From Candidatus Hydrogenedentota bacterium (lineage in GTDB: Bacteria; Hydrogenedentota; Hydrogenedentia; Hydrogenedentales; SLHB01), in assembly GCA_963745075.1 (NCBI GenBank), contig CAVUWV010000008.1, forward strand, positions 192,001 through 256,000: a stretch of 64,000 nucleotides of DNA, written 5' to 3'. The notes beneath the pieces are model-generated. The model made no database searches. It was not told the DNA's origin and saw only the letters and a list, made by a program, of their open reading frames with translations. Of this stretch, positions 10,125 through 21,147 are shown one piece after another; the stretch's first letter is position 1, and every line of letters begins with the position of its first letter. The translations under genes were made by a program, and so were the position numbers.

Positions 10125-11636
10125 TCACGGAATCCATTTCTCCACTTCGCGGCGGCGCTTGCGCCATTGCTTGAGGGTGCCGTAGGGGAACAACGTCAGC
10201 ATGCGCATTCCGGCGACGGTCGAGACCTGGCGGGCGACGCGCCGCATTTCACCGAGGAGTTCCTGACGCACCAGCGATTCCTCCACTTCGCCTTCTTCCT
10301 TCACTGCGAGCAACCGGTGAAGCGCGACCAGACCCAAGACAAACGCGATGATGAATACGAAGTCGAGTCCGCGCAGGTCCACCGTCGGCAGATTGAAGGT
10401 TTCACTCGCGGTTTGCCAGTTCAACCATTCCAGTGAGATTTTAAGTTCATAAGGCATAAACCAGTCGGCCGCAAACCCCGCGAGGATGGGCGAGATCGTG
10501 GCCGCGATTCCACAGATCAGCGCGTTCACAGCGAGGTAGGCGGTCGCCTTGCCGTAGGGTGCAAGCTTAAACGCCAGGTTACCGGCGCAGAGCGTGACCC
10601 CAGCGGTAGAAATGCCGGCCAGCACGTGGATGGCGATCAACAGCGGAATGGTGAACATGTGCTGCTCGGGCAACGTTGTGAAAGGCCACAGGAGAAAGCT
10701 GAAGATGAACAGCGGACCTGATATTGCCAGGACCGACTTGTTGCTGAACCGGTCTGCGGTTCGACCCCAGAGCCGGAAGAACAGGACGTTGACCATCTGG
10801 CTGAGTACCGAAAGCCCGATAGCCCACGCCATGGAGAGTCCGAGCCGGCGCAGCAGATAGACGGCGAAAAACGGCGCTGCGAAGTTGACCGCGAAGTTCC
10901 ACAGACCAAGAAACACGAGCACGTGCCGGAAATTCGCATCGCGAAACGGTTGGCGCAGGATGTTGGCCAGTCCGCCGCCCGTGTCCGCGGGCATCGTTGG
11001 CTCGGCCATGCGTCCCAACGCAATTCCTCCGAGCAGGCCGGCGAGGGTTGCTGCGAGGAAGATCATGCTGTAGGCGGGCATCGGCGGCGTACCGTGGGTG
11101 TCGCGGTACCAGTCCACGGCGAAGGCGCCGCCCACGCTCAACACCGCTCCCGTGAAGGTTGCCACGGCCATGCGCTTGGCAAAAAAGGTGCCGAAGGTCT
11201 TGATGGGGACGACGTCGCGTATCCAGGAGTTGTAGGAACAACTCGCGACCGCACCGAACCCGTAATACGCCGCCAGCAGCAGCAGGAACAGTGGAATCCG
11301 GTATCGTTCGGCGCTCAGCAGCGGCAGTGCGGCGATTCCAATCCAGCACATCCGCCCGACCACCGCGGTGATCAGCGTGAGCATCTTGCGCAGCCGGATC
11401 CGTTCGACCAGAAAAATCGACGGAATCTGAATTATCTGAGACAGGGGGCCGACCGCTGCGATAACCCCGATTACGGTGTTTGACGCGCCCAATTCCAGCG
11501 CGAACCCGACGAGAAACGCACCGGTCGTGAACACGAGCATGGTCTGGGCCATGGCGCCGTCGTACAACAACATGCGCATGCCCTTGGCCACGTCCCCCGG
11601 TTCGAGGACATCTTTGGTTCGAAAGAAACGTAGCAT
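10125..11636 (-). CDS. MFS transporter
   Basis: About 12 TM segments; WGRTADRFSNKSVL loop motif. Confidence 0.85.
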   Translation of the reverse strand: MLRFFRTKDVLEPGDVAKGMRMLLYDGAMAQTMLVFTTGAFLVGFALELGASNTVIGVIAAVGPLSQIIQIPSIFLVERIRLRKMLTLITAVVGRMCWIGIAALPLLSAERYRIPLFLLLLAAYYGFGAVASCSYNSWIRDVVPIKTFGTFFAKRMAVATFTGAVLSVGGAFAVDWYRDTHGTPPMPAYSMIFLAATLAGLLGGIALGRMAEPTMPADTGGGLANILRQPFRDANFRHVLVFLGLWNFAVNFAAPFFAVYLLRRLGLSMAWAIGLSVLSQMVNVLFFRLWGRTADRFSNKSVLAISGPLFIFSFLLWPFTTLPEQHMFTIPLLIAIHVLAGISTAGVTLCAGNLAFKLAPYGKATAYLAVNALICGIAATISPILAGFAADWFMPYELKISLEWLNWQTASETFNLPTVDLRGLDFVFIIAFVLGLVALHRLLAVKEEGEVEESLVRQELLGEMRRVARQVSTVAGMRMLTLFPYGTLKQWRKRRREVEKWIP

Positions 11637-11834
11637 AGTATCTCAAAATCAGCGAACCGCACCCCCGGGAGGATCGATCCGTCTGCCTAAGTATCCGGTT
11701 AACCCCTTCGACAAATTGCCCTAGTCTATCGCGCCGACAAACCGGGAACAAGACAAACGCACGGGAGACCGATTGGAGAATTGATCGACAGCTGTTCCGT
11801 TGACGAATGCACCGCGAGCCATTGGCACGACTTC

Positions 11835-11863
11835 TTGACAAAAAACGTCCAAACGTTTAAAGT
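11835..11863 (+). promoter_or_regulatory. Sigma70 promoter of the MTase gene (probably leaderless) with an inverted repeat in the spacer
   Basis: TTGACA(11835)-N17-TAAAGT(11858); ATG starts 7 nt after the -10; AAACGT-ccaa-ACGTTT at 11843-11858; no SD. Confidence 0.7.
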
Positions 11864-11869
11864 GTAGCC

Positions 11870-13024
11870 ATGAAGAGGAAACCGAAGACGCCTCCGGGTC
11901 GGGTACGCGATGCAATCCTGCAAGTGCTGTCCAAGACAGAAACGCCATTGAACGTAAAAGAGATCGAGAGCCGCGTCGGGGAGTTGATTGGCCAAGTACC
12001 AACGTCTTCGGTACGGTCGTACTTGCGGCTCAACACACCGAAAATGTTCTCAAGAGAGGGACGTGGCATCTATCAGGTTTCGAAACGACCGGTGTCCGGT
12101 TTGCAGCGCGAGTTGCCGGCGGCGCTGGATACCATACTTTCATATACGTACGGCAATGCCACACTGTTTCATGCGGATTGTCTTCAGTGGTTGGAATCAC
12201 AGCCCGACAATTCAGTTCATGCCGTGGTGACCGACCCGCCGTACGGATTGCAGGAATACACGCCGGTCGAACAGGCCAAATTGCGAAACGGTAAGGGTGG
12301 GGTGTGGCGCATTCCGCCCTCTTTTGACGGTCACGAGCGCTCGCCATTGCCCCGGTTTACAACGCTCAAAGACAAGCATATTGCGGAACTCCGCGCTTTC
12401 TTCTATGACTGGGCTACGGCATTGCTGCCGAAGCTAGTGCCGGGTGCGAATGTCGTCGTGGCGTCAAATCCACTATTATCGTATGTTGTTTCCGGTGCAT
12501 TGACGGAAGCTGGCCTGGAACGGCGCGGCGAAATTATTCGCCTAGTCATGACCATGAGGGGAGGCGATCGTCCGAAAGCGGCACACAAGGAGTTTTCCGG
12601 CGTAAGCGTCCTTCCCCGCTCGATGTGGGAACCATGGCTGCTGTATCGTCGGCCAGTAGAGGGTCGGGTTCAAGACAATCTCCGAAACTGGGGAACCGGC
12701 GGCTTCCGGCGGCCCGGCAAAGACAAGCCTTTCGGGGATGTCATCCAATCGGCCCCGACGCGCAAGGTCGAAAGAGAACTTGCGCCCCATCCGAGCTTGA
12801 AACCTCAAGCCTTTCTTCGGCAACTTGTGTACGGCGTGTTGCCACTGGGGAAAGGCATGGTGCTCGATCCATTCGCGGGGTCAGGGTCCACACTTTCGGC
12901 CGCGGAAGCCGTGGGATATACCAGCATTGGTATTGAAAAGGACGAGCATTATTTCGAGATCGCGCGAAAGGGACTCCCCCGTCTAGCAAAGCTGAGGACG
13001 GACAACTTGGATTACACACGATAA
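11870..13024 (+). CDS. Beta-class N6A/N4C DNA methyltransferase with N-terminal winged-helix domain
   Basis: Motif IV VVTDPPY precedes HPSLKP and motif I VLDPFAGSGST; N-terminal ~70 aa look like an HTH. Confidence 0.9.
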   Translation: MKRKPKTPPGRVRDAILQVLSKTETPLNVKEIESRVGELIGQVPTSSVRSYLRLNTPKMFSREGRGIYQVSKRPVSGLQRELPAALDTILSYTYGNATLFHADCLQWLESQPDNSVHAVVTDPPYGLQEYTPVEQAKLRNGKGGVWRIPPSFDGHERSPLPRFTTLKDKHIAELRAFFYDWATALLPKLVPGANVVVASNPLLSYVVSGALTEAGLERRGEIIRLVMTMRGGDRPKAAHKEFSGVSVLPRSMWEPWLLYRRPVEGRVQDNLRNWGTGGFRRPGKDKPFGDVIQSAPTRKVERELAPHPSLKPQAFLRQLVYGVLPLGKGMVLDPFAGSGSTLSAAEAVGYTSIGIEKDEHYFEIARKGLPRLAKLRTDNLDYTR

Positions 13025-13614
13025 ACCCAATTTGCGCGAAGCTTTTGAACGCCTTCCCGGTGCAGCGTCGCGGTGCGGGTTCCGAGTTCGCCTCTCGAGT
13101 TTTTGCGGAAGTCCTTCGTTTCGACCTTGCCAATGTACACTTCTTTGAATATTATCGGACGGCGATCCCGCGCCGGCTCAGTTTGGGAGTCAACCTCGTA
13201 GACAAACACGCACATCCATTGTTCTCGCGCCCCATGTGTATCGACCGCGCCGCCGGACTTCCGCGTAGTCTTGATCTCTACCCCCTCGCTGCCGGCTTTA
13301 GTCGCGTTGTTGGGATAAACTCCTTGAACGATTAGATCGGGATGACCGTTATGGTATTGGTTTTCCGTAAGGGTACGGGAATGCTTTGCGATGCTGGCCG
13401 TCAGCATATCGGAAATTACGCCGGACATGATGGCGGGTCGCAACATGTCGTCCAGCCGCTGAAGCCCCTTCTTAATCAAACCGGAATTCACATCATAGAA
13501 GAAGTCGTAAACGTCTTGCATGGCGATTTCAAAGTCTTGAAGACGCAACTCGTACGGCAGATCCGCTTGAGGATTAAAGCTCGCACTATCCACGGTCGAC
13601 TTTTTTAACGTCAT
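13012..13614 (-). CDS. Putative PD-(D/E)xK restriction endonuclease
   Basis: HPDL...GVEIKT catalytic signature; convergent with the MTase and overlapping it by 13 bp; start trimmed to MTLKK. Confidence 0.7.
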   Translation of the reverse strand: MTLKKSTVDSASFNPQADLPYELRLQDFEIAMQDVYDFFYDVNSGLIKKGLQRLDDMLRPAIMSGVISDMLTASIAKHSRTLTENQYHNGHPDLIVQGVYPNNATKAGSEGVEIKTTRKSGGAVDTHGAREQWMCVFVYEVDSQTEPARDRRPIIFKEVYIGKVETKDFRKNSRGELGTRTATLHREGVQKLRANWVYRV

Positions 13615-13822
13615 TCTATGCCCTTCGGTCTTGATATACTCATTGGCTGTGACAACGGTATTCAATGAGAAAAGTGTTGTCAACTACGTGAGGGCAACTC
13701 TCGTGACCCTCGGCCGCGTCACCGCAGTATTTTCGTGGGTGATCTTGTGGAACGTGCCGACATGCAAATCGACCGGTGCTGTATTTACTTTACAGCGCCG
13801 AAACCGGATACGGAGAGCCACC

Positions 13823-14992
13823 ATGAAAACACCATTCTTCCTAACGATTGCCCTTTTGTCCATGGTCGGTGGCAGCCCTTTCGGTATCGCCGAAACACCC
13901 GGTGAGTCCAGGACTGTGACGGACGCAAAGACCATCCGAAACCTCGGCCTCCGCGCGCGTGTGTATCCCGAGGAACGGGAAGCAGACGTGCGGCGGCTGG
14001 CGAAATCGATCGCCGTGCTTGCGGCGACCGACAAGACGGCGTTGCACGATCGGCAGAATGACTTCCAGGAAGCACTGTTGCTGATGTGCGACCGGGGAAT
14101 TTACGAGACGTTGTCGACGGGAACGATTGCGGCGCTAGACGACGCCCTCGAAGGCGTCTTCACCATGGACGACATCAAGCGGGATACGGAGTGGGAACCG
14201 CTGATCTACGTCTACGGATTTTTCAATCGCGATACCAACGCCAAGGCGATTATTCGCATTCACGATTGGTGGATTAAGATCCCTCCCGAGGAACGAGAAC
14301 CGTATTACCCGACGTACCCGCACGCGATCGATGCGGTCACGAAGCCGTTAGCCATGGGACCCCTGTTCAATCGGATGGAGACCGGCCCCGCGTTGGACGT
14401 AGCGGTTCCCCAGCTCCGGAGCATGTTGCTCCAACCGCCCTTGCCGGGGCGCGGATTTCATATCCCGAGCCACGCGGCGCTCGTGTTGGGGCCGCTCTAC
14501 GAACGGTGGGCCAACGACCCCGAGTATGGACCGCACGTGAAGACGTATCTGGGAACGCGCGACGAGTTCGAGGCCTTGCTGGCCGGACAGTTGATCGGCG
14601 CGCTGCCGGGCACATCGGACTTGCCGGACTTCGCGTACGGATTCTACGCCTACACGGGCCGGTACATTGCGAACGGCCTGGCCCGGCTCGATGCGCGCCT
14701 GGCGCTGCCCGCGCTTCGTCAATCGTTGGAAATCTATCAAAAACACAACGCGCCGGATTCCACGATCGCGTATACGCGCCGCGCACTCGCCGCGTTGGGT
14801 GATGAGGCGGAACGCGGGGCGTTGGAACAATCGTTGGCATCGGGCGACGAACCGGCCTTGGCCACGGTGGTGTGGCTCTGCCGCAACGCCCAAGGCGAAG
14901 GACAGACGTACGCCGAGGATTTGCTGGGGAAACAGCTTGGCGTTCCGGCCCACGACGCGCTGGAAACGTGGTTTAAGAAGCAGTTGGGGTAA
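13823..14992 (+). CDS. Hypothetical secreted alpha-helical protein (HEAT-like C-terminus)
   Basis: Signal-peptide-like MKTPFFLTIALLSMVGG with GGAGAG RBS; ALPALRQ and RRALAALG segments. Confidence 0.6.
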   Translation: MKTPFFLTIALLSMVGGSPFGIAETPGESRTVTDAKTIRNLGLRARVYPEEREADVRRLAKSIAVLAATDKTALHDRQNDFQEALLLMCDRGIYETLSTGTIAALDDALEGVFTMDDIKRDTEWEPLIYVYGFFNRDTNAKAIIRIHDWWIKIPPEEREPYYPTYPHAIDAVTKPLAMGPLFNRMETGPALDVAVPQLRSMLLQPPLPGRGFHIPSHAALVLGPLYERWANDPEYGPHVKTYLGTRDEFEALLAGQLIGALPGTSDLPDFAYGFYAYTGRYIANGLARLDARLALPALRQSLEIYQKHNAPDSTIAYTRRALAALGDEAERGALEQSLASGDEPALATVVWLCRNAQGEGQTYAEDLLGKQLGVPAHDALETWFKKQLG

Positions 14993-16502
14993 CCGCGCCC
15001 GGCCAGGGGACGGGTTTCCCCGTGTCTTTCTGCACCGGCATCAGCGCGTGCATGGCGCGCAGTTGTTTGCCCAACTCGTCGGCCAGCCGTTGTGCGATCT
15101 CCTGACGCTCCTCGTGGAGGTCATGGGCTTCGCTGATGTCCTCCACGATGTTGTAGAGTTCGTAGCGCTGGTCGGTGTGGAAGTAGATCAGCTTCCAGTC
15201 GCCCTGGCGAATCACGCTGTACGGCGGGTCGTGGTAGTTATGGGGAAAATGCCAGATGAACACCCGGTCGCCCCAGTCCACCGATTCGCCCCGCAACAGG
15301 GGTACAAAACTTCGGCCGTCGATTACGCCGCCAATCTGTTCTTCGTCCGTCACGCCGGCCATGGCGAGGATCGTGGGGAACAGGTCCTCGATGATGAAAT
15401 CCTGGTCGCACACCGAACCGGCCTTGGTTACGCCCGGCCACCTCACGATTGCCGGCACGCGAATGCCGCCTTCGTAGGGGCTGAGCTTCGCGCCCCGCAA
15501 AGGCAAATTCCGATCCACGTCGGGCGCGGCGCCGTTGTCGCTCATGAAGATCAGGATCGTATCGTCCTCGATACCGTGCCGAGCCAACGCGGCCCGAATG
15601 TCGCCGAGCGACTTGTCCATCCCTTCGATCATGGTGGCGTACGTCGCGTCAAAATCGTCCAACCCCGCGTCCTTGTACGCCTGGTAGTACCGGTCGTCCT
15701 CTTCCCAGGGCGCGTGAATCGCGTAATGGGACATGTACAGGTAGAACGGCGTATCGTCGGCCACCGCTTGATCGATGGTCTTGATGGTCTCGCGGGTGAG
15801 CGCTTCGGTCAGAAAAATCTCCTGACCATAGTATGCCTCCAGATCCGGCACGTCCCAGATACGGTCGCCGTCGCGCCAGGCCGCGCTGAAATTGTGGGTG
15901 CCGTGGTAACTGCCCGGTCCACCCGCCGCGTGTCCGGCGATGTTCGCGTCGAAGCCGAGATTCAAGGGGTCCTCGCCGGGTGTGTCTTTCGCGCCCCAGT
16001 GCGCCTTGCCCACGTGGATCGTGCGATACCCCGCCTCCTGGAGAAACATGGGCAGCGTCTTCGCGTAGACCGTGTGCTCGATGCCGGGCACCGGACTCAG
16101 GCCGTTCACGTTCCAGTCGGGCATGCGCAGCGTTGGATGTTCCCGATCCGGCGACTCGTTCTTCCGCAAGGTCCAGTTCGTCACGCGGTGGCGCGCCGCG
16201 TTGAGTCCGGTCATCAGACTCACGCGCGTCGGCGAGCACAGCGGGCAGGCGTAGGCCTGGGTAAACTTCAGCCCTTCATCCGCCAGGATTTCCATATTCG
16301 GCGTGTGATAGCGCCGGTTCAGATCGGTCACTTCGGTGTAGAAGGGCTCCGACGTGTCCTGCCATCCCATGTCGTCGACCAGGAAGAAGACGATGTTGGG
16401 TTTGCGTTGCGTGGCCGCCTCGGCCAGGGCGCGGATGGGATTCGCATAATACGCGACGACACCGAGTGCGCTGAGGCGTTGCAGGAATTGGCGTCGGTTC
16501 AT
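14973..16502 (-). CDS. Sulfatase (formylglycine-dependent) with Tat signal
   Basis: MNRRQFL Tat motif; DDMGW, CSPTR (CxPxR), GKAHW and SDNG. Confidence 0.95.
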   Translation of the reverse strand: MNRRQFLQRLSALGVVAYYANPIRALAEAATQRKPNIVFFLVDDMGWQDTSEPFYTEVTDLNRRYHTPNMEILADEGLKFTQAYACPLCSPTRVSLMTGLNAARHRVTNWTLRKNESPDREHPTLRMPDWNVNGLSPVPGIEHTVYAKTLPMFLQEAGYRTIHVGKAHWGAKDTPGEDPLNLGFDANIAGHAAGGPGSYHGTHNFSAAWRDGDRIWDVPDLEAYYGQEIFLTEALTRETIKTIDQAVADDTPFYLYMSHYAIHAPWEEDDRYYQAYKDAGLDDFDATYATMIEGMDKSLGDIRAALARHGIEDDTILIFMSDNGAAPDVDRNLPLRGAKLSPYEGGIRVPAIVRWPGVTKAGSVCDQDFIIEDLFPTILAMAGVTDEEQIGGVIDGRSFVPLLRGESVDWGDRVFIWHFPHNYHDPPYSVIRQGDWKLIYFHTDQRYELYNIVEDISEAHDLHEERQEIAQRLADELGKQLRAMHALMPVQKDTGKPVPWPGAVTPTAS

Positions 16503-16642
16503 GCGTGTGCTCCCCTCAACCAGCAAACCCCATTTACAAAGATACACCGCAGCGAGCGGCGGCGATCCTTGCGTGTAGATGTCTGCCCGGAGTCAGTTTT
16601 ATGGGCTCTGATTGTAGCGGTCTAACTCGAAAACAGGGCAGT

Positions 16643-16846
16643 TTAGTGTGTTTTCTCTTGCAATTCTTTGCCCATTGTTTTGCGCAGATCCTCGACGGCC
16701 TGCTGTTGTTCCGGCGGAAGTTTTTCCGCGGCTTGCGCCTCTTGGTCCTGTGTTCCGACCTCTACTTTCTTTGACCCACACGCGAACGTGAGACAAGGCA
16801 GAAGCACAAGCGTGAAGAGAAGAAGGTTCTTGAGTAGCTTGGACAT
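16643..16846 (-). CDS. Small (67 aa) lipoprotein
   Basis: AAGGAG RBS, hydrophobic signal ending in lipobox-like TFAC, own upstream promoter. Confidence 0.7.
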   Translation of the reverse strand: MSKLLKNLLLFTLVLLPCLTFACGSKKVEVGTQDQEAQAAEKLPPEQQQAVEDLRKTMGKELQEKTH

Positions 16847-16913
16847 GGAGGATCTCCTTTTCCCCGATTTCCCATATGAACTCGCCGGCGACCGTCACCA
16901 GTGGGTTTGATGC

Positions 16914-16942
16914 AGTATGAAGGAGGTAATTGGCGGCGTCAA
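16914..16942 (-). promoter_or_regulatory. Sigma70-type promoter for the small lipoprotein gene
   Basis: Minus strand TTGACG-N17-CATACT. Confidence 0.55.
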
Positions 16943-16995
16943 CCCGTCGTTTGCTTTTGACACCCGTCGTTTGCTTTTGTTTGTGGTCCGTGATG

Positions 16996-17156
16996 CGGAA
17001 GACCACAGCCGGGGGCGGCTGTGCCACACTCGCTTGCCCAGCATTCGTGTCCGCTATTTCGGCCGTGGTCTTGGGCGAATACGCCGTCATGGATGATAAA
17101 GCCACCGTCGGTCGAGCTAACCGTGTGGCACAGCCGCCCCCGGCTGTGGTCTTCCG
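16996..17156. repeat. REP-like doublet (34-bp perfect inverted repeat)
   Basis: cggaagaccacagccgggggcggctgtgccacac at 16996-17029 and its exact reverse complement at 17123-17156; each arm is itself a hairpin. Confidence 0.9.
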
Positions 17157-17208
17157 GCGATCGCCACCTTGGTGCATCTTGTCCATATCTTCCATACCGA
17201 TCTTCCCG

Positions 17209-19564
17209 TCAACTCCCTTCAAATCGTTGTTCAAAATGCCCGTCCGTCACCGCAAACTCGTGCGTCTTGAGCACCACGCGGCCGGTTCCCTCGTCCAGTT
17301 CCACAGCCACAACCTGCGCACCATCACCCGACGACTCGACGCTGACCTCCACCGGCGCTTGGTCCGGCGTGTCGAGGATCTCAATCACCGTGAGAAACTC
17401 CCGCGTCTTCGCCTTCTCCCGGCAATCCGCCGTAAGGTGCCATTCGTTGAGCCTGAAGTGTGCCCAGTCCGCCGGCGGCGGATCGAACTGATCCGTCTGG
17501 CTCAGTACTAGCCCCCGCGGTTCGAGGAACCGCACGCGCACGTTTCCCGGATCGCCGGACCAGGTAACTTCGTTTTCGCCGAGTTCGAAGGGACCGGCGC
17601 CGTGGAGATTCCACTGAAACGTGGATGGTTCCGGCGCTTCAAGCAGGTCGTGTATCACGATAAGGTTCGGCTTGAAGAAAACAATGCGCCGCGTCCATCG
17701 GTCGAGGTTCTTGTAAGATGCGCCCGCTTCGCCCGCGACCACGTCGACCGTGCCCGACGTGGCAAAGGCGGTGATCCGGCCTGTGGCCGAAGCGCTGTGT
17801 TTCATTTCCCCCTCGCCGTTCACCAGGATCGCGTTGTCGGAGCGGCTGTCCCACATCCAATTCTGGTGATGGGGACTGCCGTAAACGTCGCGCTTCCCCG
17901 TACGCAGGAACACGCGCTGCCCGTTCAGGTGCAGGAGGAACGCGTTGTTGGCGTTGTACCCGTGGCTCTGCCGGCCCATGGGACTGCTTTTGAAAATGAG
18001 CTGGTGATTCGTCGTACCATCGAGCAAGTTCGTATTCAGCACCGCCACATCCGTGCCGTGGAAACAGGTCGACGATGGGTGGTCCGTGGGCGGTTTCGCT
18101 TCGAGGTCTTGCGCGTGGGCCGCGGCGAGAAAACCCACATAACCGCCGCCGATGTCCGCGCCCGCGGCATCGGCATACCATTTCCAGTACGGGTTGCGCG
18201 CCCCCGCGGCGAATGTCGCCATCAACGGTCCGATACTCCGCGACGTCATGGGCGGTGCCTGGTCGCCGAACCCGCCCGTCTTGGTGCCGGGCGGCAACAT
18301 GTACATGCCGTAGTCGCCCACGCGTTGGAAGAAGGGCCGCTCGAACACGTCGATGCCAAATGCCCCGCGCATCGCCTGGGCCCAGTACATGAACCGGCCC
18401 ATGTAGCTCGACCAGTACGCAACGCCCTCGTGCCAGCCTCCGTCCGAATCGCTCCACACCGGGTAGGCGGTGTAGAAAACCGTCATGGCGAAATCGAGCC
18501 AGCGGTCCGCCTCGGGGATGTCGCCCTGGAACGCGATGGCCACCTCGCCCAGGAAATGCCAGGCCCGATTGCTGTGACTCGAATAGGGCCGCCAGAGGTG
18601 GTTGCCGTGAAGATGCCTAAAGCACTGCCCGCCGCGAGTCCGCATCATCTCGATCATCGCGTTTCGGTCGGCTTCGGACAACGCCGGATACGCCCAGTCG
18701 TACGCGCGGGACGTCATGTATAAGAGCGGCATGGCGGCTTCGTCGTTGTAGCGATACTGCGTCGAGCCTTCTGGGTCCCACGTGGTCAGGGCCACCAGCA
18801 AGTCGCGCGCGCCCTTCGCGTACTTCTCGTCAGCCACTGAGCCGATAGACAAAACCCAACGTGGCGGCGCTGTCCGCTACGGCGATGGCGCGGCGCCGGT
18901 TTCCCCACCAGATCTTCTTCCATTCCGCGCCACGGGGTTCGATGTCCTTCGGGTACTTGGGCGGTTCGGAAGTATCCGGTGGGTTTTCCAGCAGTTTGTC
19001 CGCCTGATCGACCAGCGATTGCCACCGATCGTTGAGGGGTCCGTCGGCCAGTGCCTGGAGATGCCCGATATCTTCCGGCCGGAAGAACAGGCGCGGATGA
19101 CCGTCGGGCATGCGCTTCAACAGCTCCGGCAACGCCGGCTGCGGAAATGCCACGGCATCCACCGGAACCGAGAAGGAACGCACCGTGCTCCACGCCGTTT
19201 CGCTGCCCGAATCCGCCACGCCGCGATACCGCCAGTAATACGGGCCGGGCTTCAACAACGCATCGGTACGATATGCGCTCCAGGGAATTCCGGTCTGTTC
19301 GCGGACGACGTGCGCGAACGCCTCGTCGGTCGCGATTTGGACGGTGTAGATGCGAATCCCGTCCGTCGGCCGCCACGAAAATCCGGGCGGATTTACCGGG
19401 GTCGTCTCGCCGTCCCCCGGCCGGTACCCCCAGTCGCCGGGTCCGGCGGGCGCCTGGTTGAGATCAAGCGCCGAGCAGGGCCAAACCATCAACAGCGCCA
19501 TATAGACCAGCCAAGAGTTTCTCGGCAGCAACATTGTTTCGCGCGACAGAACAGAACGTGCCAT
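17209..19564 (-). CDS. DUF4962 / heparinase II/III-like polysaccharide lyase, split by one +1 frameshift near 18832
   Basis: N-terminal NPPGFSWRP domain, HPRLFF, DGGWHEGVAYW, SHG...NAFLL and NAILVNG; removing one base gives ...LSG-DEKY in frame. Confidence 0.8.
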
Positions 19565-19682
19565 TCGCTGTAACCCTCCAACAGCAACGGTACATCATAT
19601 TAGCGGGATCGCATCTGACGTTCCAACGAGAGACCGGCTCGTTCGACTTACCGGTCTGGCACAAGAACGTAGCCGCCGAACA

Positions 19683-19720
19683 AAGGGGGGACGAAACGCC
19701 AATGCGTTTCGCCCCCCCTT
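19683..19720 (-). terminator. Hairpin terminator downstream of DUF1559 gene
   Basis: aagggggg-acgaaacgc-caat-gcgtttc-gccccccctt stem-loop 20 nt after the stop. Confidence 0.6.
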
Positions 19721-19740
19721 CAACGGGATTTGGAAAATAC

Positions 19741-20706
19741 TTAGCTCGACACAAACAATCCGATTATGAGCGCCTTTGTTTTCGAGAATGGGTACTCTGA
19801 CGGATACTTGATGAACTTGACATGACCATCCATGTACAAACAATTTCCGCCACCGGGAACGTGGTTGAATTCTTTGGTAATTCCCTGCGACGATACCGTG
19901 TCGTAAGCCACGACGATCTCGGTTTGGGCCTTGTTCGAAGCAGCCGGGTTATTGATATCCGTGATAAAGAACCGCTCGATTCCTTCCCGCGTTCGAAGAA
20001 CCTGGTACGGTTCGATTGCTGCACTACCCAGTTCGGTCAGGATATCGGTTTCCGATTCCGGCTGGGTTGAGTATGTCACTTTGTAACTGTCGTAATCGGT
20101 GTCATTATTCTTGAAATTGCCCAGATCCGGCATGAACCCTCCAAGGCCGAGACCCGAGACTATCGCTTGAATGTCGGAATCGCCGGTCCAGATATACGCG
20201 CCGAGCGCCGTCAAGATATTAAAGTCAGTGTCGCTACTACTGGCCCACCCGCTATACTCGTAGCAGATGGCCGGGAAACGCGGCAGGACAGAACCGTCGG
20301 CACACGTACGATGCAAACTACCGTTCTCCAGAACAGAACCCGCACTGAACGCGTCAACCCCCTCGGTATCCGACGGGCACGCCATGACGCCGAAGCCGGT
20401 CAGGTACTCTGGGTAGACGCTTGGCCCGTCCCACATGGGATACAATGCGCCATCGCAGCCCGCTTTTTCCGTCGGGCTAGGCGCGCATTCACATTTGCCG
20501 TTACCCTGGGGTGGGAACTTCTCTCCCGGACTCTCATTGGAGTACATCTTACATACAAGTCCAATTTGCTTGAGATTGTTCTGGCAACTCGCACGGCGTG
20601 CAGCCTCCCGTGCACGGGCGAGGGCGGGTAATAAGATTGCGGCCAGGATACCAATGATCGCAATAACTACGAGTAATTCGATTAACGTAAAACCACGTTT
20701 CTTCAT
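19741..20706 (-). CDS. DUF1559 prepilin-type N-methylation domain protein with C-terminal H-X9-DG motif
   Basis: [32 protein letters not shown] and [16 protein letters not shown]. Confidence 0.95.
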   Translation of the reverse strand: MKKRGFTLIELLVVIAIIGILAAILLPALARAREAARRASCQNNLKQIGLVCKMYSNESPGEKFPPQGNGKCECAPSPTEKAGCDGALYPMWDGPSVYPEYLTGFGVMACPSDTEGVDAFSAGSVLENGSLHRTCADGSVLPRFPAICYEYSGWASSSDTDFNILTALGAYIWTGDSDIQAIVSGLGLGGFMPDLGNFKNNDTDYDSYKVTYSTQPESETDILTELGSAAIEPYQVLRTREGIERFFITDINNPAASNKAQTEIVVAYDTVSSQGITKEFNHVPGGGNCLYMDGHVKFIKYPSEYPFSKTKALIIGLFVSS

Positions 20707-21010
20707 GGTATTTCTTGCTCCTCGATGGTTAAGTTATTCGTCATGGTTTACTGATTACTGCGGTTCTTCTTACCCAAACGATGAATGCATTGAACCGTAA
20801 GAAAATCCACCTCCTTTCGTAGAAAAGTCGTACGGACGATAAGATCACGTATGGGATGATCGCGGCCCTCGAACCCCACACGTTAGCTTGTTGTGCGTCT
20901 TCCCGACGGAACGACCGCCCCGGATTCCCTTAATCGCGTTCCCCTATCTTAAATGCGAGTCGCGCTTGAGAACGGTTTAGTCACGTCGTTGCAACCCTAT
21001 CCTATGTGTT

Positions 21011-21039
21011 ACTTTACACGCATTATTCGGTTCTGGCAA
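21011..21039 (-). promoter_or_regulatory. Sigma70 promoter of DUF1559 gene 1
   Basis: Minus strand TTGCCA-N17-TAAAGT, with the -10 ending 305 nt upstream of the ATG. Confidence 0.6.
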
Positions 21040-21147
21040 CCCTTTTTTCGTTTGCCCAGCAATCGTTGAGGGCCGCACGAGAACCGGGCGTGTAGTGCGG
21101 CAAACGGGAAACTGCCGCAGGGTGATCTATTATTGGCCGCGCGCAGC

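Noticed and set aside
11823..11838. TGGCACG sigma54-like site upstream of the MTase
   Set aside because: No GC at the -12 position; the overlapping sigma70 promoter fits much better
11640..13820. RM pair as an integrative element with att sites
   Set aside because: No integrase, tRNA or flanking direct repeat was found by eye
14667..16625. 652-aa plus-strand ORF (similar long ORFs at 5128-6600, 34528-36576, 45893-47521 and 52596-54176)
   Set aside because: Antisense or alternate-frame shadows of well-supported genes, expected in high-GC DNA; no recognisable motifs
16599..17234. 211-aa ORF (and the 193-aa opposite-strand ORF) with repeated RKTTAGGGCAT / VAQPPPAVVFR
   Set aside because: Translation of the REP inverted repeats, not a protein
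18830..18852. Programmed frameshifting or phase variation in the split genes
   Set aside because: No slippery sequence or long homopolymer at the junctions; a uniform +1 pattern fits sequencing error
20866..20877. GGTTCGA resembling a tRNA T-loop (also at 22374-22385)
   Set aside because: No T-stem, cloverleaf or CCA end; kept only as a leader motif
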